Below are positions 1-10,044 of a DNA stretch of 64,000 nt, piece by piece. Within the stretch, counting starts at the first letter, position 1; every line of letters starts with the position of its first letter. Below the pieces are notes generated by a model. The model was not told the DNA's origin, did no database searches, and worked only from the letters and a program-made list of their open reading frames with translations. The DNA is from an uncultured bacterium (GTDB lineage: Bacteria > Abyssobacteria > SURF-5): the NCBI GenBank assembly GCA_964607485.1, contig CAZSKP010000003.1, positions 64,001-128,000 on the forward strand, read 5' to 3'. The translations under genes and the position numbers were made by a program.

Positions 1-874
1 AGGAGAGCAGCCTGACCAAAGCGTGAACGGCCTCCGGACTCTTTATGTCGCCCAGCGCCGAGGCGATATCCGCTCTCACAGACGGAGTTTCGTTCGGAAG
101 CGCGCTCACAAGCGCCCCCACCGAATACACGCTCCCGACCTTGCCCAGCGCCGAGGCGATTATGCGCCGTACGTCTTCGTCGGTCTCCTGCTCGAGAGCG
201 CGGCCGAGCGCCCACCCCGCATCCGGACCCTTGAGGTCGCCCAACGCAGTTGCGGAGTAGATGCGAATTCTCGAGTCTTCATCGTTAAGGCCTTGGATAA
301 AGATGTCCCTGCTTGACGGAGATCCTATTTCCTTCAGCGCGTATATGACCTCCACCCTGACGCTCGTATCCTTGTCGCCGGCCTCACTTTCAAGGCCTTC
401 CACCACGGCTCGATCTTCTTTCTTCGCCAGCCTGCCGAGCACATAGGCGGAGTATTTCCGCACGCACGGGTTCGGGTCGCTCAAGTTCGCGACCAATTCT
501 TCAAAAATGCTGGGGTCACCCAGTTTCGCAAGCGCTTCGGCCACCGCCTTTTGAACCACCTCTTCAGGGTCCCTGAGCGCTCGCATCAGGGCGGGAATGG
601 CCTCCTTGTCTTTGTGGTCGCCGAGAAGTTCCGCCGCGTAACGACGTTGATGCTTCAATTTGGAATGTTCGAGGGCGTAGACAAGTTCCTGGGTCGTGCT
701 CAAGATGTCGACGAATATGGGGGATTGCTGCTCTTCGTTCTGGGCCAGGGAAAGGCGCTTCTCCCCCGATTCGGCAGGCGCGGCATGGACGGGAATGGCT
801 ATGGATGCCAGAATAACGGCGTTTGTGAGAATGAGAATGTTGCCCAAGAAACCTTTCGTGTTCTGTGGACTCAC
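1..874 (-). CDS. HEAT/PBS-lyase repeat protein with N-terminal signal/anchor (runs off window edge)
   Basis: Hand translation of the minus strand from GTG at 874: MSPQNTKGFLGNILILTNAVILASIAIPVHAA...RRYAAELLGDHKDKEAIPALMRALRDPEEVVQKAVAEALAKLGD...; repeated L..AL.D.D..VR..AA.ALG units; open to position 1; absent from the ORF track because the stop is outside the window. Confidence 0.88.
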   Translation of the reverse strand, partial: MSPQNTKGFLGNILILTNAVILASIAIPVHAAPAESGEKRLSLAQNEEQQSPIFVDILSTTQELVYALEHSKLKHQRRYAAELLGDHKDKEAIPALMRALRDPEEVVQKAVAEALAKLGDPSIFEELVANLSDPNPCVRKYSAYVLGRLAKKEDRAVVEGLESEAGDKDTSVRVEVIYALKEIGSPSSRDIFIQGLNDEDSRIRIYSATALGDLKGPDAGWALGRALEQETDEDVRRIIASALGKVGSVYSVGALVSALPNETPSVRADIASALGDIKSPEAVHALVRLLS

Positions 875-963
875 CTGGATGATCGTATCCCCCTTGGGAT
901 TTACTCTATTTGGCAACGGTTCTTTTTTGGACGAGCTTATCTCTCGCTCCCATGCCACCTTCT

Positions 964-991
964 ATTATACATTCTGAATAGAAGAAATCAA
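964..991 (-). promoter_or_regulatory. putative sigma70 promoter of HEAT-repeat gene
   Basis: minus strand TTGATT-N16-TATAAT. Confidence 0.45.
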
Positions 992-1202
992 AATCGACAG
1001 GTTGGCCCAATCCTTAAATAATAGACGGCTCGTTCCCCCGCGATATTCACCCGGCTAATTTTGGAAGCAATCTGCGCTTCTTCGGCATGGCCAAAGTCAG
1101 TGCCGCTCCGAATCGTCTCCCTCCTCTTGCTCTTTTCCCTCTTTTTGCGAAAAAAAGGGGGGAGAAGTGAAAAAAAGGTGAAACTTCTCGCATCGGTGAA
1201 GA

Positions 1203-1231
1203 TTGAAGTATTTGCGACCCTGTGTTATAAT
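1203..1231 (+). promoter_or_regulatory. sigma70 promoter of lptD operon
   Basis: TTGAAG-N17-TATAAT with extended -10 TG. Confidence 0.65.
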
Positions 1232-1313
1232 CGCTCGATGTCTCTCCTGAAACCGGATGCAGTAGAGCCGCCGGAACGTGTGACTCCCGCTTTCGGAGGC
1301 GGAATGTACAGGC

Positions 1314-3473
1314 TTGAATGTGCAGCGAAGGAGTAGAGCGGCGTTGAGAGCGAGCCTGCGAGACAGTAAGAATGGCATCATTTCTCTCATCTCGATTATT
1401 CTCGTCTTTTGCGTAACCACGCCGGTTGAGGCGGGAAAGGGGCTTTCCGACATCCGGGAATCGGACGTCGTCAGCAAGACGGAGCCCGTTTATTTTGCCG
1501 GCGACAGGTTCAGCTATGACCTGAAAACAGGTGTCGTCACGGGCAGCGGCGACATCGAGGTGGTTCAGGACGAAAGCACGCTGCGGGGCGACAAGGTCAT
1601 CATAAATCTTTCAAAGAAGGTGGCGGAGATAGACGGAGATGTCGTGGCCACGCGAGGGGCCGATGTGGTCGAGGGCACGCGCGGAGTGTACGATTTCGAG
1701 AACCAGACGGGCGTTTTCTACGAGGCGCGGGGATATTCGGATCCCTGGTACGTCACTGCCGAGAAGATCAAGCGCGCGAGTTCGGGGGAGTACTCAGTCG
1801 CCGGCGCCTCACTGACTACCTGCGACCGCCCGCATCCCCACTATGGCCTCAAGGCGGGCTCGATCACCGTCGTGCCCGAGGAACGCGTAATCGCGCGCAA
1901 CATCACCCTCTTCGCAGGCCCGGTGCCGCTCTTCTACATACCCTACTATTCCCAGGGACTGGGCCCGTCGCGTCCGCCGCTCGAGTTCGACGCGGGCACG
2001 CAGACCGACCTGGGAGCATACGCCAGTCTGCGCTACAACCTCGAACTGAGCAGAGAGATCTCGCTCTATCCGCATATCGAGGCGTTCACGAAGAGCGGGC
2101 TGGGAGGAGGGGTGGACGGCCGTCTCGACCTGTTCGAGGGCAGGGGACGCGGCACGTTCGACTCGTTCTACATTTCCGACATGAACGACAGCAACACGGA
2201 CGAAGCCGGCATCGACAAGGACAGGGGCAAGCTCGACTTCTACTATCGTCAGGAGCTTCCCTACGACTTTACCGCGCTCATACAGGAGGAATACGTAAGC
2301 GACCGCGAGTTCCTGAAGACGTTCGACTTTGACGAATTCTCCGAGCGGGAGCTGCCCGAGACGTTCTTCAATCTCGAGCGGACGGGCGAGCACAGCGTGA
2401 TATCGTTCATCACGCGCGTGAGGCTGGTGGATTATATTGATGACATCGAACGCCTGCCCCAGCTCAGGCTGGAATTGCTCGAACAGAGGATAGGCGATAC
2501 CGGCCTGTTCCTGAGCGCCGCGAACGAAACCGCCTACCTCAACGTCGAGCCGCACGGGGCCGAGTCCGCGCGAAACTTCTCCCAGGCGCGGCTGGCCTAC
2601 CCCAAGCGTCTCTGGAACTGGCTCGAACTCGTGCCGTTCATCGAGGGCGACGCCACGTACTATTCAAAGACGCCAATGGAAGACGACGAGTATCGGCTCT
2701 CATGGGAGACGGGCGTGGTCTCGCAGGCGCGGTTCCAGCGTGTCTTCAACTCTCCCTTCCCCCAATACACCGCGTTCAGGCATCTGTTTGTGCCCACGGT
2801 CATCTACCGCTACAGGCCGACTCCCGACGAGCAACCGGACGAGCTGCCCCAGTTTGATTCGATCGACCTGATCGACCGGGAGAACATGGTCGAGGTGGAA
2901 CTCAGGAATTACCTCCAGGCAAAGCGACCCGACGGCAGCAAGGTCGAGCTGGGACAATATACTCTGACGGCGGGACTGGAATTCGACGACGGCGAAGACC
3001 GTCTGGCCGAGCTCGAGAACGAGTTCCTGCTCAGGCCGGTGCCCAACTGGGAACTGGCGCTGAAATCACTGAACGACTTCAGAGACGAGAGGCGCAGCGA
3101 CCTGGTGAGCGCCGTCATTGGATACACGAAGCCCGATTCGTTCAAGGCCTCGGTGGGCGTCATACACGAGGACACCGTGCTCAGGCCCTTCGAGACGCAG
3201 GTGGTGTATTCGCTCAGCAAGGCATTCGGACCGCTGTGGCGCGCGGGGTTCGAGCAGCGCTACGATTTCGCCACCGACGATTTTTCGTACCAAGAGTTCT
3301 GGGTGTGGCGCGACCTGCATTGCTGGGAGGTCCTCGTCAGGCTCAGGGACAGGCGGGAGGCCACCTCGGTGATGGTGCTGTTCAACATCAAGGCCTTCCC
3401 CTTGAGGCAGATCGAGCGGAAGACTGAGATAAAACCCAGCGGGGAGAATCATCCATGGCCCACGCGTTGGTAA
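1314..3473 (+). CDS. lptD: LPS-assembly outer membrane protein LptD (start codon uncertain)
   Basis: signal-like hydrophobic stretch, N-terminal jellyroll pattern, LTTCD...PHY, P.FY.PY, ERLPQL, C-terminal RDLHCWE beta-barrel end. Confidence 0.85.
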   Translation: MNVQRRSRAALRASLRDSKNGIISLISIILVFCVTTPVEAGKGLSDIRESDVVSKTEPVYFAGDRFSYDLKTGVVTGSGDIEVVQDESTLRGDKVIINLSKKVAEIDGDVVATRGADVVEGTRGVYDFENQTGVFYEARGYSDPWYVTAEKIKRASSGEYSVAGASLTTCDRPHPHYGLKAGSITVVPEERVIARNITLFAGPVPLFYIPYYSQGLGPSRPPLEFDAGTQTDLGAYASLRYNLELSREISLYPHIEAFTKSGLGGGVDGRLDLFEGRGRGTFDSFYISDMNDSNTDEAGIDKDRGKLDFYYRQELPYDFTALIQEEYVSDREFLKTFDFDEFSERELPETFFNLERTGEHSVISFITRVRLVDYIDDIERLPQLRLELLEQRIGDTGLFLSAANETAYLNVEPHGAESARNFSQARLAYPKRLWNWLELVPFIEGDATYYSKTPMEDDEYRLSWETGVVSQARFQRVFNSPFPQYTAFRHLFVPTVIYRYRPTPDEQPDELPQFDSIDLIDRENMVEVELRNYLQAKRPDGSKVELGQYTLTAGLEFDDGEDRLAELENEFLLRPVPNWELALKSLNDFRDERRSDLVSAVIGYTKPDSFKASVGVIHEDTVLRPFETQVVYSLSKAFGPLWRAGFEQRYDFATDDFSYQEFWVWRDLHCWEVLVRLRDRREATSVMVLFNIKAFPLRQIERKTEIKPSGENHPWPTRW

Positions 3474-4417
3474 CGGGCGGCGCCGGCTTCATCGGCTCTC
3501 ATCTGGCGGAGGCCCTGCTCGGGCGGGGATACCGTGTGACGGTGCTCGACGACCTCTCGACCGGAAGCCGCGACAACATCGACCACCTCCAGCAAAATCC
3601 CGACTTCGAGTTTGTGCTCGGCACCATCATGGATTACGACACGGTGGACAAGCTGGTCTCACGGTGCGAGGTCATCTTCCATATGGCCGCCGCGGTGGGC
3701 GTGAAATACATCATCGATAACCCGCTCGCCTCGTTGCGGATTAACACGAAGGGCACAGAGAACGTGTTCGAGGCGGCCAACCGGCACAAGCGCAAGGTGG
3801 TCATCGCGTCCACGTCGGAAGTGTACGGAAAAAACGAGAAGGGGAACCTGGGCGAGGACGACGACAGAGTCCTGGGCTCGACCGCCATATCGCGGTGGGG
3901 CTACGCCTGCACGAAGACGTTCGACGAGTTCCTCGCGCTCGCGTACTGGCGCGAAAAGAAGCTGCCCGTCGTGATCGTGAGATTTTTCAACACGTGCGGC
4001 CCGAGACAGACGGGCGAGTACGGCATGGTCGTCCCTCGGTTTGTCAAGGCTGCGCTGCTGGGACATCCCCTCCAAGTGTTCGGCGACGGGAAACAGGTGC
4101 GCTGCTTTTCCTTTGTGGACGACATCGTGAACGGCACGCTCGCCCTCGCCGAGCATCCGGCGGCGGAGGGGGAGATATTCAACCTCGGCTCCACCGAGGC
4201 TATCAGCATCGAGGAATTGGCTCAAAAGGTAGTGATGATGACGAACAGCTCGTCACCCATCAGCTACATTCCGTACGAGCAGGCGTACGAAAAGGGTTTC
4301 GAGGACTTGCGCCGCCGCGTTCCCGACATCAGCAAGGCGAAGCGGCTGGTGGGCTTTGAGCCGAAGACATCCCTCGACACACTTCTGCGCCGGGTGATCG
4401 AATACTTTAAGGAATAG
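3455..4417 (+). CDS. NAD-dependent nucleotide-sugar epimerase/dehydratase (extended SDR)
   Basis: VTGGAGFIGSH, STSEVYG, YACTK (YxxxK), RFFNTCGPRQ. Confidence 0.9.
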   Translation: MAHALVTGGAGFIGSHLAEALLGRGYRVTVLDDLSTGSRDNIDHLQQNPDFEFVLGTIMDYDTVDKLVSRCEVIFHMAAAVGVKYIIDNPLASLRINTKGTENVFEAANRHKRKVVIASTSEVYGKNEKGNLGEDDDRVLGSTAISRWGYACTKTFDEFLALAYWREKKLPVVIVRFFNTCGPRQTGEYGMVVPRFVKAALLGHPLQVFGDGKQVRCFSFVDDIVNGTLALAEHPAAEGEIFNLGSTEAISIEELAQKVVMMTNSSSPISYIPYEQAYEKGFEDLRRRVPDISKAKRLVGFEPKTSLDTLLRRVIEYFKE

Positions 4418-4482
4418 GATGGAAGCGCTCGTGGGCGCGGATAACTCGGCTGCCGCGATGGCGCCCGGATACGTTGGCTGCG

Positions 4483-5433
4483 ATGAGAGTATTGATAACG
4501 GGGATCGCCGGCTTTGCAGGGTCGCATCTTGCCGAGCTCCTGCTGAATGACGGGGAAGAAGTATTCGGCACGCTCCTGCCGGGTGAGAGTACCCGGAACC
4601 TGGAAACGGTTCGACCTCAGCCGGAGTTGGTTCCGTGCGACCTGCGGGATGCCAAGGCGGCCGAACAGCTGATGGCGCGAGTACGGCCGGAGGAAACATA
4701 CCATCTCGCGGCGCTGACGTTTATCCCCGACTCGATGGTCGACCCGCGCTTGACGTTCGACACCAATCTGTACGGAACTCTGAACCTCCTCGAAGCCGCC
4801 AAGAAGCTCTCGTCGCGCCCGCGCATCCTGTTTGTGGGGTCGGCAGACGAGTACGGGCGAGTCAGAAAAGACGAACTCCCGATTAAGGAGCAGAACCCGC
4901 TGAGGCCGGCCAACCCATACTCGGTCAGCAAGGTGGGCGCCAGCATGCTCGCCTATCAGTACGGCCTTTCGGAGGGGATGCATGTCGTCCGGGTGCGGCC
5001 CTTCAACCATACGGGGCCGCGGCAGTCGCCGCAATTTGTCTGTTCCGACTTCGCGCGCCAGATAGTCGAGGCCGAGAGGGGGCGGCGCCCGCCGGAGATA
5101 CGGGTGGGCAATCTGAGGCCGAAGCGGGATTTCACCGATGTGAGGGACGTGGTGCGCGCTTACCGAGAGGTCCTGAGGCGCGGCGAGCCGTGCGAGGTCT
5201 ATAACATATGTTCGGGAAAAGCGGTGGGAGTGGGCGAGATACTGGATGAGCTGCTGGCCCTTTCGGGAAATCGACTCATGATAGTCGAATCTTCCGAACG
5301 CACGCGCGCGAGCGATGTCGAGGAAATACGCGGAGATTTCGGCAAGCTCGAGAGCGCGACCGGTTGGAGACCGACCATGCCTCTTAGGAAGACGCTGGAG
5401 GATTTAATCGGATACTGGCGGGGAATCAACTGA
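4483..5433 (+). CDS. GDP-4-keto-6-deoxy-D-mannose reductase (Rmd)-like SDR
   Basis: ITGIAGFAGSH, GSADEYG, NPYSVSK, RPFNHTGPRQ, VGNL...RDFTDVRDVVRAY; ATG at 4483. Confidence 0.75.
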   Translation: MRVLITGIAGFAGSHLAELLLNDGEEVFGTLLPGESTRNLETVRPQPELVPCDLRDAKAAEQLMARVRPEETYHLAALTFIPDSMVDPRLTFDTNLYGTLNLLEAAKKLSSRPRILFVGSADEYGRVRKDELPIKEQNPLRPANPYSVSKVGASMLAYQYGLSEGMHVVRVRPFNHTGPRQSPQFVCSDFARQIVEAERGRRPPEIRVGNLRPKRDFTDVRDVVRAYREVLRRGEPCEVYNICSGKAVGVGEILDELLALSGNRLMIVESSERTRASDVEEIRGDFGKLESATGWRPTMPLRKTLEDLIGYWRGIN

Positions 5434-5445
5434 AGGAGGCTCTTC

Positions 5446-6378
5446 TTGGCAAGAGTCCTGATAACGGGCGGCGCCGGATTTCTCGGATCGCATCTGTGCG
5501 ACCGATTCATAGGCGAGGGCCACGAGGTGATATGCGTCGACAACCTTATCACCGGCAGTTGCGATAACGTCGCGCATCTTTTCGGCAACCAAAGCTTCAA
5601 GTTCATGCACCACGATGTGACGGAATATCTGTACGTGGCCGGGCCGCTGGACTATATTCTCCATTTCGCTTCGCCCGCCAGCCCGATCGACTACCTCGAG
5701 CTGCCCATCCAGACGTTGAAAGTGGGGGCGCTGGGAACTCACAAGGTGCTGGGCCTGACAAAGGACAAGGGGGCGTGCCTGCTGCTCGCCTCGACGTCGG
5801 AGGTGTACGGCGACCCGCTGATACATCCGCAGCCCGAATCGTACTGGGGCAACGTGAACCCGATAGGCCCGCGGGGCGTCTATGACGAGGCGAAGCGGTT
5901 TGCCGAGGCGCTCGTGATGGCCTACCATCGCGTGCACGGGCTGGAGACGCGCATAGCCCGCATATTCAACACGTATGGCCCGCGCATGCGGCCCAACGAC
6001 GGGCGCGTGGTTTCGAACTTCGTCACGCAGGCTCTCAAGGGCGAGCCGCTCACCGTGTACGGAGACGGAACTCAGACGCGCAGCTTCTGCTTTGTCGACG
6101 ACATGGTGGAGGCGATTGCGAGCCTACTCTTTTCCAACGAGACGGAGCCGGTAAACCTGGGCAACCCCAATGAAATGTCCGTGCTGGAGTTGGCGAGGCT
6201 CGTGCAGGAACTCGTGGGAAGCAAGAGCGAGATAGTCATGCAGCCGCTCCCCGTTGACGACCCGAAGGTCAGACAGCCCGACACTTCACGCGCGCGTGAA
6301 ACGCTCGGCTGGAAGCCGAAGGTGTCTCTGCGGGAGGGGCTCGCGCAAACGATAGACTTCTTCAGGGGCAGGATCTAG
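5446..6378 (+). CDS. UDP-glucuronate decarboxylase (UDP-xylose synthase) family
   Basis: [56 protein letters not shown]. Confidence 0.9.
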   Translation: MARVLITGGAGFLGSHLCDRFIGEGHEVICVDNLITGSCDNVAHLFGNQSFKFMHHDVTEYLYVAGPLDYILHFASPASPIDYLELPIQTLKVGALGTHKVLGLTKDKGACLLLASTSEVYGDPLIHPQPESYWGNVNPIGPRGVYDEAKRFAEALVMAYHRVHGLETRIARIFNTYGPRMRPNDGRVVSNFVTQALKGEPLTVYGDGTQTRSFCFVDDMVEAIASLLFSNETEPVNLGNPNEMSVLELARLVQELVGSKSEIVMQPLPVDDPKVRQPDTSRARETLGWKPKVSLREGLAQTIDFFRGRI

Positions 6379-6400
6379 TGACGCACGGGGAGAGGGTGCG

Positions 6401-6814
6401 ATGGCACAGGAGAAAAGGCCGGCCACGGGAGAACGGCGTAAGTTTATCAGGTACGCCTGCAGGACGGAACTGAAGGCCATAATCGATTTCAATCCCGACG
6501 TCGCTCGCAGAGCTTTGGGGAAACTGCCGCCCATAGTCTTCCGCCGGGGCGAGGCGGGCACAATCAGGGACATCAGCGAGAAGGGTATCGCAATAGAGCT
6601 GGAACACTTTCTCCCGGAAGGAATGTTGGTGAAGATGGCCATCGACAATCCTGCCACGCCCTCCATCGAGACGGATGCCCGAGTGGTGTGGTCGAAAAAG
6701 CTTCCGGGAGAAAAACGGGGATACGTGATGGGAATGACGTTCCGGCATATGAAGAACAAGCATCAACGCAATCTGGAAAAGCTCATCGATTTCCTGCGGA
6801 GTATTCCCGAATAG
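6401..6814 (+). CDS. PilZ-domain (c-di-GMP receptor) protein
   Basis: RKFIR (RxxxR) and DISEKG (DxSxxG), ARVVW...GMTF. Confidence 0.85.
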   Translation: MAQEKRPATGERRKFIRYACRTELKAIIDFNPDVARRALGKLPPIVFRRGEAGTIRDISEKGIAIELEHFLPEGMLVKMAIDNPATPSIETDARVVWSKKLPGEKRGYVMGMTFRHMKNKHQRNLEKLIDFLRSIPE

Positions 6815-6859
6815 CTTTTTGAATAAGAACACAATGCACCCCTGCGGGGGACCTGCCCT

Positions 6860-8449
6860 TTGTCGGACCAACCGTCAAATAGTTCAAGCGACCGAGAACG
6901 AACGATTCTCTACGTCGGCCTGGCCGTCGGATTCGTGCTCTGCATGATCCTGGCATGGCTGCCCCTGAGCGTGTCGCTTTCGCGGTTCGTGTTCGAGGAC
7001 TCGTTCTACTACCTGTCCGTCGCCCGCAACCTCGTCGCGGGCAAGGGGTCGAGCTTCGACGGCATCCATGCCACCAACGGCTACCATCCGCTCTGGATGC
7101 TCGTCTCCATGCTGCTGGTATGGCCGTTTGAGGCCGGCTCGGCGACGCCCGTCCATCTCCTGCTCTCTCTGTGCGCTATCTTCCACGTCTTGACGGCATT
7201 CATGATTTATAAGACGGTCCTGCTGGGGGGACACCGCATGGTGGCCGTGATCGCCGCGCTGGCATGGCTTTTCAACTACAACGTGGCGGGAATAGCGATG
7301 TGCGGGCTGGAGACGTCGCTGTTCGCGTTTCTTGTGATAACCACGGTGTACTATTACCTGCTGCGACGCCACGAGATGTCTGCCGGGCAGAGCGTGAGAG
7401 TAGGGCTGCTGCTGGGCCTGACCGCGCTGGCGAGGTTCGACGGCGCTTTGCTCGGGTTTGCCGTGGCGGCCGACCAGCTCTGGCAGGGGTTGCGCAAGAG
7501 GGAGTCGTTCGGCCGAATCGTGGCGCGGGTCGTCCCGATGTCGCTCGTGGGTTCGGCGATGATGGTGCCGTGGATGGTGTGGAGTTGGAGCGTGTCGGGG
7601 ACGATAATTCCTCACAGCCACCGGGCGGTGAACCTGTGGTACAGTCCGATCGATCACTTCAGGCAGGGCGTTCTTCCGGGGCTCGCGAAGATGGTCGCGG
7701 GCCACGCGCCGCTGATGGCCAGAATGTACGGCCTCGTGCCGCTGTCCGCGCTGGCGCTCATTCTTCTTGCGGCCTTCCTCGTGGTCCTTTTTGGGGGACG
7801 CGAGAAGAGGGCGGTCGGGCTTCCCGTCATTATATTCGTGGTGTACCCTCTGGCGCACGCGTTATACTACGGCCTTTTTTTCAGGCTGTACAATCGTTAC
7901 CTCTACCCCGCTCACCTGCTGGTTTTCACGGGGATGATGACGGTCATCGGGTGCTGGCTGCTCGCGAACCGCAGGCGGCGGCTTGCGCGGCTTCTGGGCA
8001 CGGCTCTCGGAGTTGTTGTGGCGGTGAATTTCGCGCTGGAGGGCGTAAAGACGTGGAGGCAGGGGACGACTTCGACGAGGACGCACAGCATTCACTGGAC
8101 CATGTACAACGAGGTCCTGCCATGGATAAAGGCGAACGTGCAGCCTCACGAACGTGTGGGCGCATTCAATAGCGGAATATACGGCTACTTCTCCGGGCGC
8201 ACCATCGTGAACCTCGACGGCGTGATGAACGACAGCGTGCTGCCCGCACTTGAGAAGAGGCAGTTGATTCGCTACCTCTACGATGAGCGGATCACGTACG
8301 TCATAGACATGGAGAAGACGCTTGACACCTCGTTCGAGGTGCTCGGCGGAGTTCCCGACTATCGGAGGAAATTCGCGGTCGTGAAGGTGTTCGAGCAGCC
8401 CTGGGGCCCTCTGACGGGCCTTCGCATTGTTGTCCTGCGGCTGATGTAG
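6860..8449 (+). CDS. polytopic membrane glycosyltransferase (GT-C/ArnT-like)
   Basis: EDSFYYLSVARNL, TNGYHPLW, GLET, LARFDG, many TM helices, C-terminal NLDGVMN domain. Confidence 0.75.
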   Translation: MSDQPSNSSSDRERTILYVGLAVGFVLCMILAWLPLSVSLSRFVFEDSFYYLSVARNLVAGKGSSFDGIHATNGYHPLWMLVSMLLVWPFEAGSATPVHLLLSLCAIFHVLTAFMIYKTVLLGGHRMVAVIAALAWLFNYNVAGIAMCGLETSLFAFLVITTVYYYLLRRHEMSAGQSVRVGLLLGLTALARFDGALLGFAVAADQLWQGLRKRESFGRIVARVVPMSLVGSAMMVPWMVWSWSVSGTIIPHSHRAVNLWYSPIDHFRQGVLPGLAKMVAGHAPLMARMYGLVPLSALALILLAAFLVVLFGGREKRAVGLPVIIFVVYPLAHALYYGLFFRLYNRYLYPAHLLVFTGMMTVIGCWLLANRRRRLARLLGTALGVVVAVNFALEGVKTWRQGTTSTRTHSIHWTMYNEVLPWIKANVQPHERVGAFNSGIYGYFSGRTIVNLDGVMNDSVLPALEKRQLIRYLYDERITYVIDMEKTLDTSFEVLGGVPDYRRKFAVVKVFEQPWGPLTGLRIVVLRLM

Positions 8450-8496
8450 CGGCGGAATTTGGCCGGAAAAGGCTCACCGGCTGTGGCGGGCGCGCA

Positions 8497-8802
8497 TTAT
8501 TGTTCGGGCTGCGGGGCGGGTTCCGGCGGAGGACTCAGCCTTCTTACGCTCGTGATACGGCGGGGCGTCGGAGGCTTGAGAACCCAAAAATATGCTCGGC
8601 TGAGTCCGACGTGGACGGGTTCGAGGACGAACTGAATACCTGCAGCAACGGTGTCGCCGACGGGGTGGCCGGTGCGCGTCGTCATTTCCTCGGGAGCAGG
8701 CTGGGAAGAATCCGCGAGGCACAATTGAGCGGTCGTCGTGGCAACCGCCGCGACCAACGCGACCGCCAACAACCGTCGCAAGACTTTGCCCGACGCTATC
8801 AT
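8497..8802 (-). CDS. small secreted hypothetical protein
   Basis: ATG at 8802 just after the upstream stop, signal peptide RRLLAVALVAAVATTTAQLCLA, Pro-rich tail. Confidence 0.6.
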   Translation of the reverse strand: MIASGKVLRRLLAVALVAAVATTTAQLCLADSSQPAPEEMTTRTGHPVGDTVAAGIQFVLEPVHVGLSRAYFWVLKPPTPRRITSVRRLSPPPEPAPQPEQ

Positions 8803-8804
8803 GC

Positions 8805-9461
8805 TTACACTCCTTTCCCTTCGCCTTCCCTGGGACCGCCTCCGCTGGCGGTGAATGCGCCGTACCACTGAAGCAGTTCGTCGATTTCGAATCGGATCGC
8901 TTTCTTCTTGCCTTCGGTCACCTGGTAAAAGGGGATGTCGCTTTCATCCAGCCATTTGTAAATCTGCTCGACGGGCACGCCGATGGTGTCGGCGGCATCG
9001 GCCACGGTGAGCAACATTTTACCCCGCTGGTCCTCCCGACGGCGCAGCCACACACGCCTTTGCACGATTCTTCTTTCTTCATCCGTGGGAATGTCCGATG
9101 TGCGCCTTTCCCTCAAGCGGCGATTGTATTTTCTCCTTTCGCCCGGGTCTTCATTTACCTTCAGCACGATTGTGCCTATCGCCTTGGAACAGGCCTCGTC
9201 GTTCGCGCCGCCGCCGAGAATGGCATCGGGAAGAGAAATGTGAGGGACCTGCACGGGAGGCGCCGGTGCGAACAGGTCTGTGTCCCCTTCAATCATCTGT
9301 GCCAGTTCTCCGAGCGCTTCGAATTCCGGGTGCTGCTCAGGCTCAACCGGGGTGTATGCCTCGGTCTGCAACCCGGACGAGGGCGCTCTGACGGCAAGCA
9401 TGATCACAAGAGCGCTCAGGATGAATACGAGGATTACCATCGCCAGGAAATCGAGCAGCAT
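8805..9461 (-). CDS. membrane-anchored protein with Arg-rich RxxxR repeats and C-terminal excisionase-type (HTH_17) DNA-binding domain
   Basis: N-terminal TM helix; ERRKYNRRLRERR...EERRIVQRRVWLRRREDQR; LLTVADAADTIGVPVEQIYKWLDESDIPFYQV...IRF. Confidence 0.75.
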   Translation of the reverse strand: MLLDFLAMVILVFILSALVIMLAVRAPSSGLQTEAYTPVEPEQHPEFEALGELAQMIEGDTDLFAPAPPVQVPHISLPDAILGGGANDEACSKAIGTIVLKVNEDPGERRKYNRRLRERRTSDIPTDEERRIVQRRVWLRRREDQRGKMLLTVADAADTIGVPVEQIYKWLDESDIPFYQVTEGKKKAIRFEIDELLQWYGAFTASGGGPREGEGKGV

Positions 9462-9481
9462 CCGCCTTCCCCTGTTTTGAG

Positions 9482-9646
9482 TTAATTCCCTGCGAGCGAA
9501 TCGAACGTTTCGGCCAGAAAATTAAACAGCTTTATGGCGCCGACCCAGATGGTGACTCTGTGTATCCATAGCAGCGCCAACAGAATCAGGATGCAGATAT
9601 AGAAGACCAGTGTCCTGAATCTTCTCTTTGTCGTTATTTTTCCCAC
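9482..9646 (-). CDS. small membrane protein (54 aa, below ORF-track cutoff)
   Basis: hand translation MGKITTKRRFRTLVFYICILILLALLWIHRVTIWVGAIKLFNFLAETFDSLAGN; basic N-terminus plus TM helix; fills the gap in a minus-strand run. Confidence 0.55.
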   Translation of the reverse strand: MGKITTKRRFRTLVFYICILILLALLWIHRVTIWVGAIKLFNFLAETFDSLAGN

Positions 9647-9726
9647 TCGAACCCAGCTCGATGCTGTAGCCGACGATTCATTTTACAATTTCCCGGCGCA
9701 TAAATCAATGGCGCGCCTTTTGGCGC

Positions 9727-10002
9727 TCATTGGCCCTTGCCCTCGGTGTGTTCACGCTCCCGGCGTTCGGACTCAAACCTCTCTCTCAGAATTCTCTCGA
9801 AACGTCTTCCGTAGATAATGTTGTACGTGTGCTCTTTTCCCGGAAAAAGGCGCAGCACGGTTCGCTTGGTGGCGTTAATCAAGTCCAGCGCCTCGTCTAT
9901 GGTCATTTTTTCTTGTGCGAGGACTGCGGCGGTGAGATCCACGATAGTTCTCAGGCGCCGCATCTTCTTCTCTTCATCTCTGATAGAGTCGTTTGCTTCC
10001 AT
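9727..10002 (-). CDS. small helical hypothetical protein
   Basis: RBS AAGGGGAA; MRRLR.IVDL...LFPGKEHTYNIIYGRRFERIL; collinear with neighbours. Confidence 0.75.
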   Translation of the reverse strand: MEANDSIRDEEKKMRRLRTIVDLTAAVLAQEKMTIDEALDLINATKRTVLRLFPGKEHTYNIIYGRRFERILRERFESERREREHTEGKGQ

Positions 10003-10044
10003 CTGCTGTTCCCCTTCTTTATCTTTAGGGCATCGAACGGCGCC

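Noticed and set aside
1119-1177. Pyrimidine/purine tracts forming a hairpin (ccctctttttgcgaaaaaaggggg)
   Set aside because: Lies between divergent promoters with no upstream gene to terminate; could be chance complementarity of low-complexity tracts
8805-9020. Prophage or ICE excisionase
   Set aside because: The HTH is fused to a TM protein; no integrase, att-like repeats or phage genes nearby
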